Below are positions 63,323 through 64,000 of a DNA stretch of 64,000 bases, piece by piece. The notes under the pieces were generated by a model. That model saw only the letters and a program-made list of their open reading frames with translations. It did no database searches and had not been told where the DNA came from. Source of the stretch: Acidimicrobiia bacterium (lineage in GTDB: Bacteria > Actinomycetota > Acidimicrobiia > Spongiisociales > ZC4RG35); NCBI GenBank assembly GCA_041747375.1, contig JBGTFH010000078.1, positions 37,558-101,557 of the forward strand. The letters run 5' to 3'. Each line of letters starts with the position of its first letter. The stretch's first letter is position 1. Made by a program: the position numbers and the translations under genes.

Positions 63323-63598
63323 CTATTCCGTCAGGAACGGCCAGTCGTAGTGGGCACCTGATGGCGCGTTAGGTTGGCCGGGTTCTTGGTCGGCGAGCTC
63401 GGCGGTCTCCAGACGCCGGGGCGCTTCGGAAACGCGAGCGAAGTTCTCTCGCCTGGCATCACCCGAGATTGAGAACTCGTATTTGACTGTGACGTTGCCG
63501 CACGCCTCACACACGCGACGCTCAAGCCCGCTTGTCGTAACTGCGATGGTTGAGGGGTGACGGCACGGCCGAATCTTCTGGAACATTTGTCCCTTCAT
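63323..63598 (-). CDS. small hypothetical protein with a possible zinc-ribbon (C-x-H ... C-x-x-C)
   Basis: MKGQMFQKIRPCRHP...RRVCEACGNVTVKYEF. I chose ATG 63598. No family recognised, so coding status is uncertain. Confidence 0.35.
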   Translation of the reverse strand: MKGQMFQKIRPCRHPSTIAVTTSGLERRVCEACGNVTVKYEFSISGDARRENFARVSEAPRRLETAELADQEPGQPNAPSGAHYDWPFLTE

Positions 63599-64000
63599 CT
63601 TCTGCCTACTTTGGTTTCGACTTGTTAATTCCGTTCCAGGGTTGCAGGGCGTCGTCACGGCGCAATGGTCAAGCCGGATAACCACCAGCCGGACTAGTCA
63701 CCTTGCGATCGCTCATCGGGTGGACGGCGTCCTCTCATCGGGGCAGATTGCACGTGGATACATGTGTCTATTGCTACGAAAAGCGTCAGCTGTGTCATTA
63801 GGTTTGATCAACCGTCAAAGAAGGCGCGTTACGTCCATGACGCTGACCGCAACACGACAAGTTGCTAGTAAACGCCCGACGCTCTGACCATGCGCTCTGC
63901 AGGGCGCGTCAAACACGCGAAAGCGAATTACGTGGTGTGGATAAATCGGGCTTCGATCACGGAACCGGCGCTATGAGGATGACGAGAATCTTGATCAGTT

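Overview
High-GC window that looks actinobacterial (SARP-type regulator, Tat signals, many GTG/TTG starts, frequent start/stop overlaps). I support about 52 protein-coding genes. I saw no rRNA, tRNA, CRISPR array, transposase or integrase. All calls come from reading the supplied ORF translations and the DNA by eye; no searches were run. Layout: (1) 1-3.3 kb, housekeeping-type genes (DUF885, YdeI-like, L-2-hydroxyglutarate oxidase-like, a short flippase-like membrane protein). (2) 3.4-19.5 kb, an orphan non-ribosomal peptide synthetase locus: divergent PPTase, then C-A-T-TE, a NitT/TauT (ThiY/NMT1-like) ABC importer, A-T, C-A-T, an ABC exporter and an MFS exporter. The gene order is non-collinear, and the starter A domain lacks the alpha-amino-binding Asp. 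(3) 19.5-26.1 kb, my best candidate for an undescribed system. A 1201-aa fusion protein (SARP wHTH+BTAD, P-loop STAND NTPase, one TM helix, extracytoplasmic BMP/PnrA-type binding domain, unknown C-terminal domain) is flanked on both sides by two divergent paralogous secreted proteins of unknown family. One paralog is translationally coupled to the regulator; the other heads a divergent operon with a Tat-exported vanadium-haloperoxidase/PAP2-like enzyme. (4) 26.3-44.2 kb, mixed accessory genes: HD-GYP-like/LuxR fusion, flavin monooxygenase, PlsC-like acyltransferase, EamA transporter, MDR dehydrogenase, wHTH protein, PEP mutase/ICL family, PoxB-like ThDP enzyme, alpha/beta hydrolase, TetR, cyclase-STAND-TPR protein, aldo/keto reductase, and a large secreted propeller/phytase-like protein. 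(5) 44.5-60.9 kb, a large sugar-catabolic supercluster: SDR, KDPG aldolase, DeoC, ROK kinase, HutC-type GntR, SIS protein, CUT2 ABC transporter, two Gfo/Idh/MocA, a xylose-isomerase-like TIM barrel, an FAD oxidoreductase, a phosphotriesterase-like lactonase and a NagB/Pgl-like enzyme. It has a perfect 18-bp HutC-type palindrome. It is interrupted at 58.5-59.0 kb by a hairpin-dense composite tandem repeat that does not look coding. (6) 60.9-64.0 kb, a visibly more AT-rich stretch with a wHTH-MNT/HEPN toxin-antitoxin-like pair, a DUF1015 protein and a small zinc-ribbon ORF. Many long ORFs antisense to these genes are treated as high-GC shadow ORFs.
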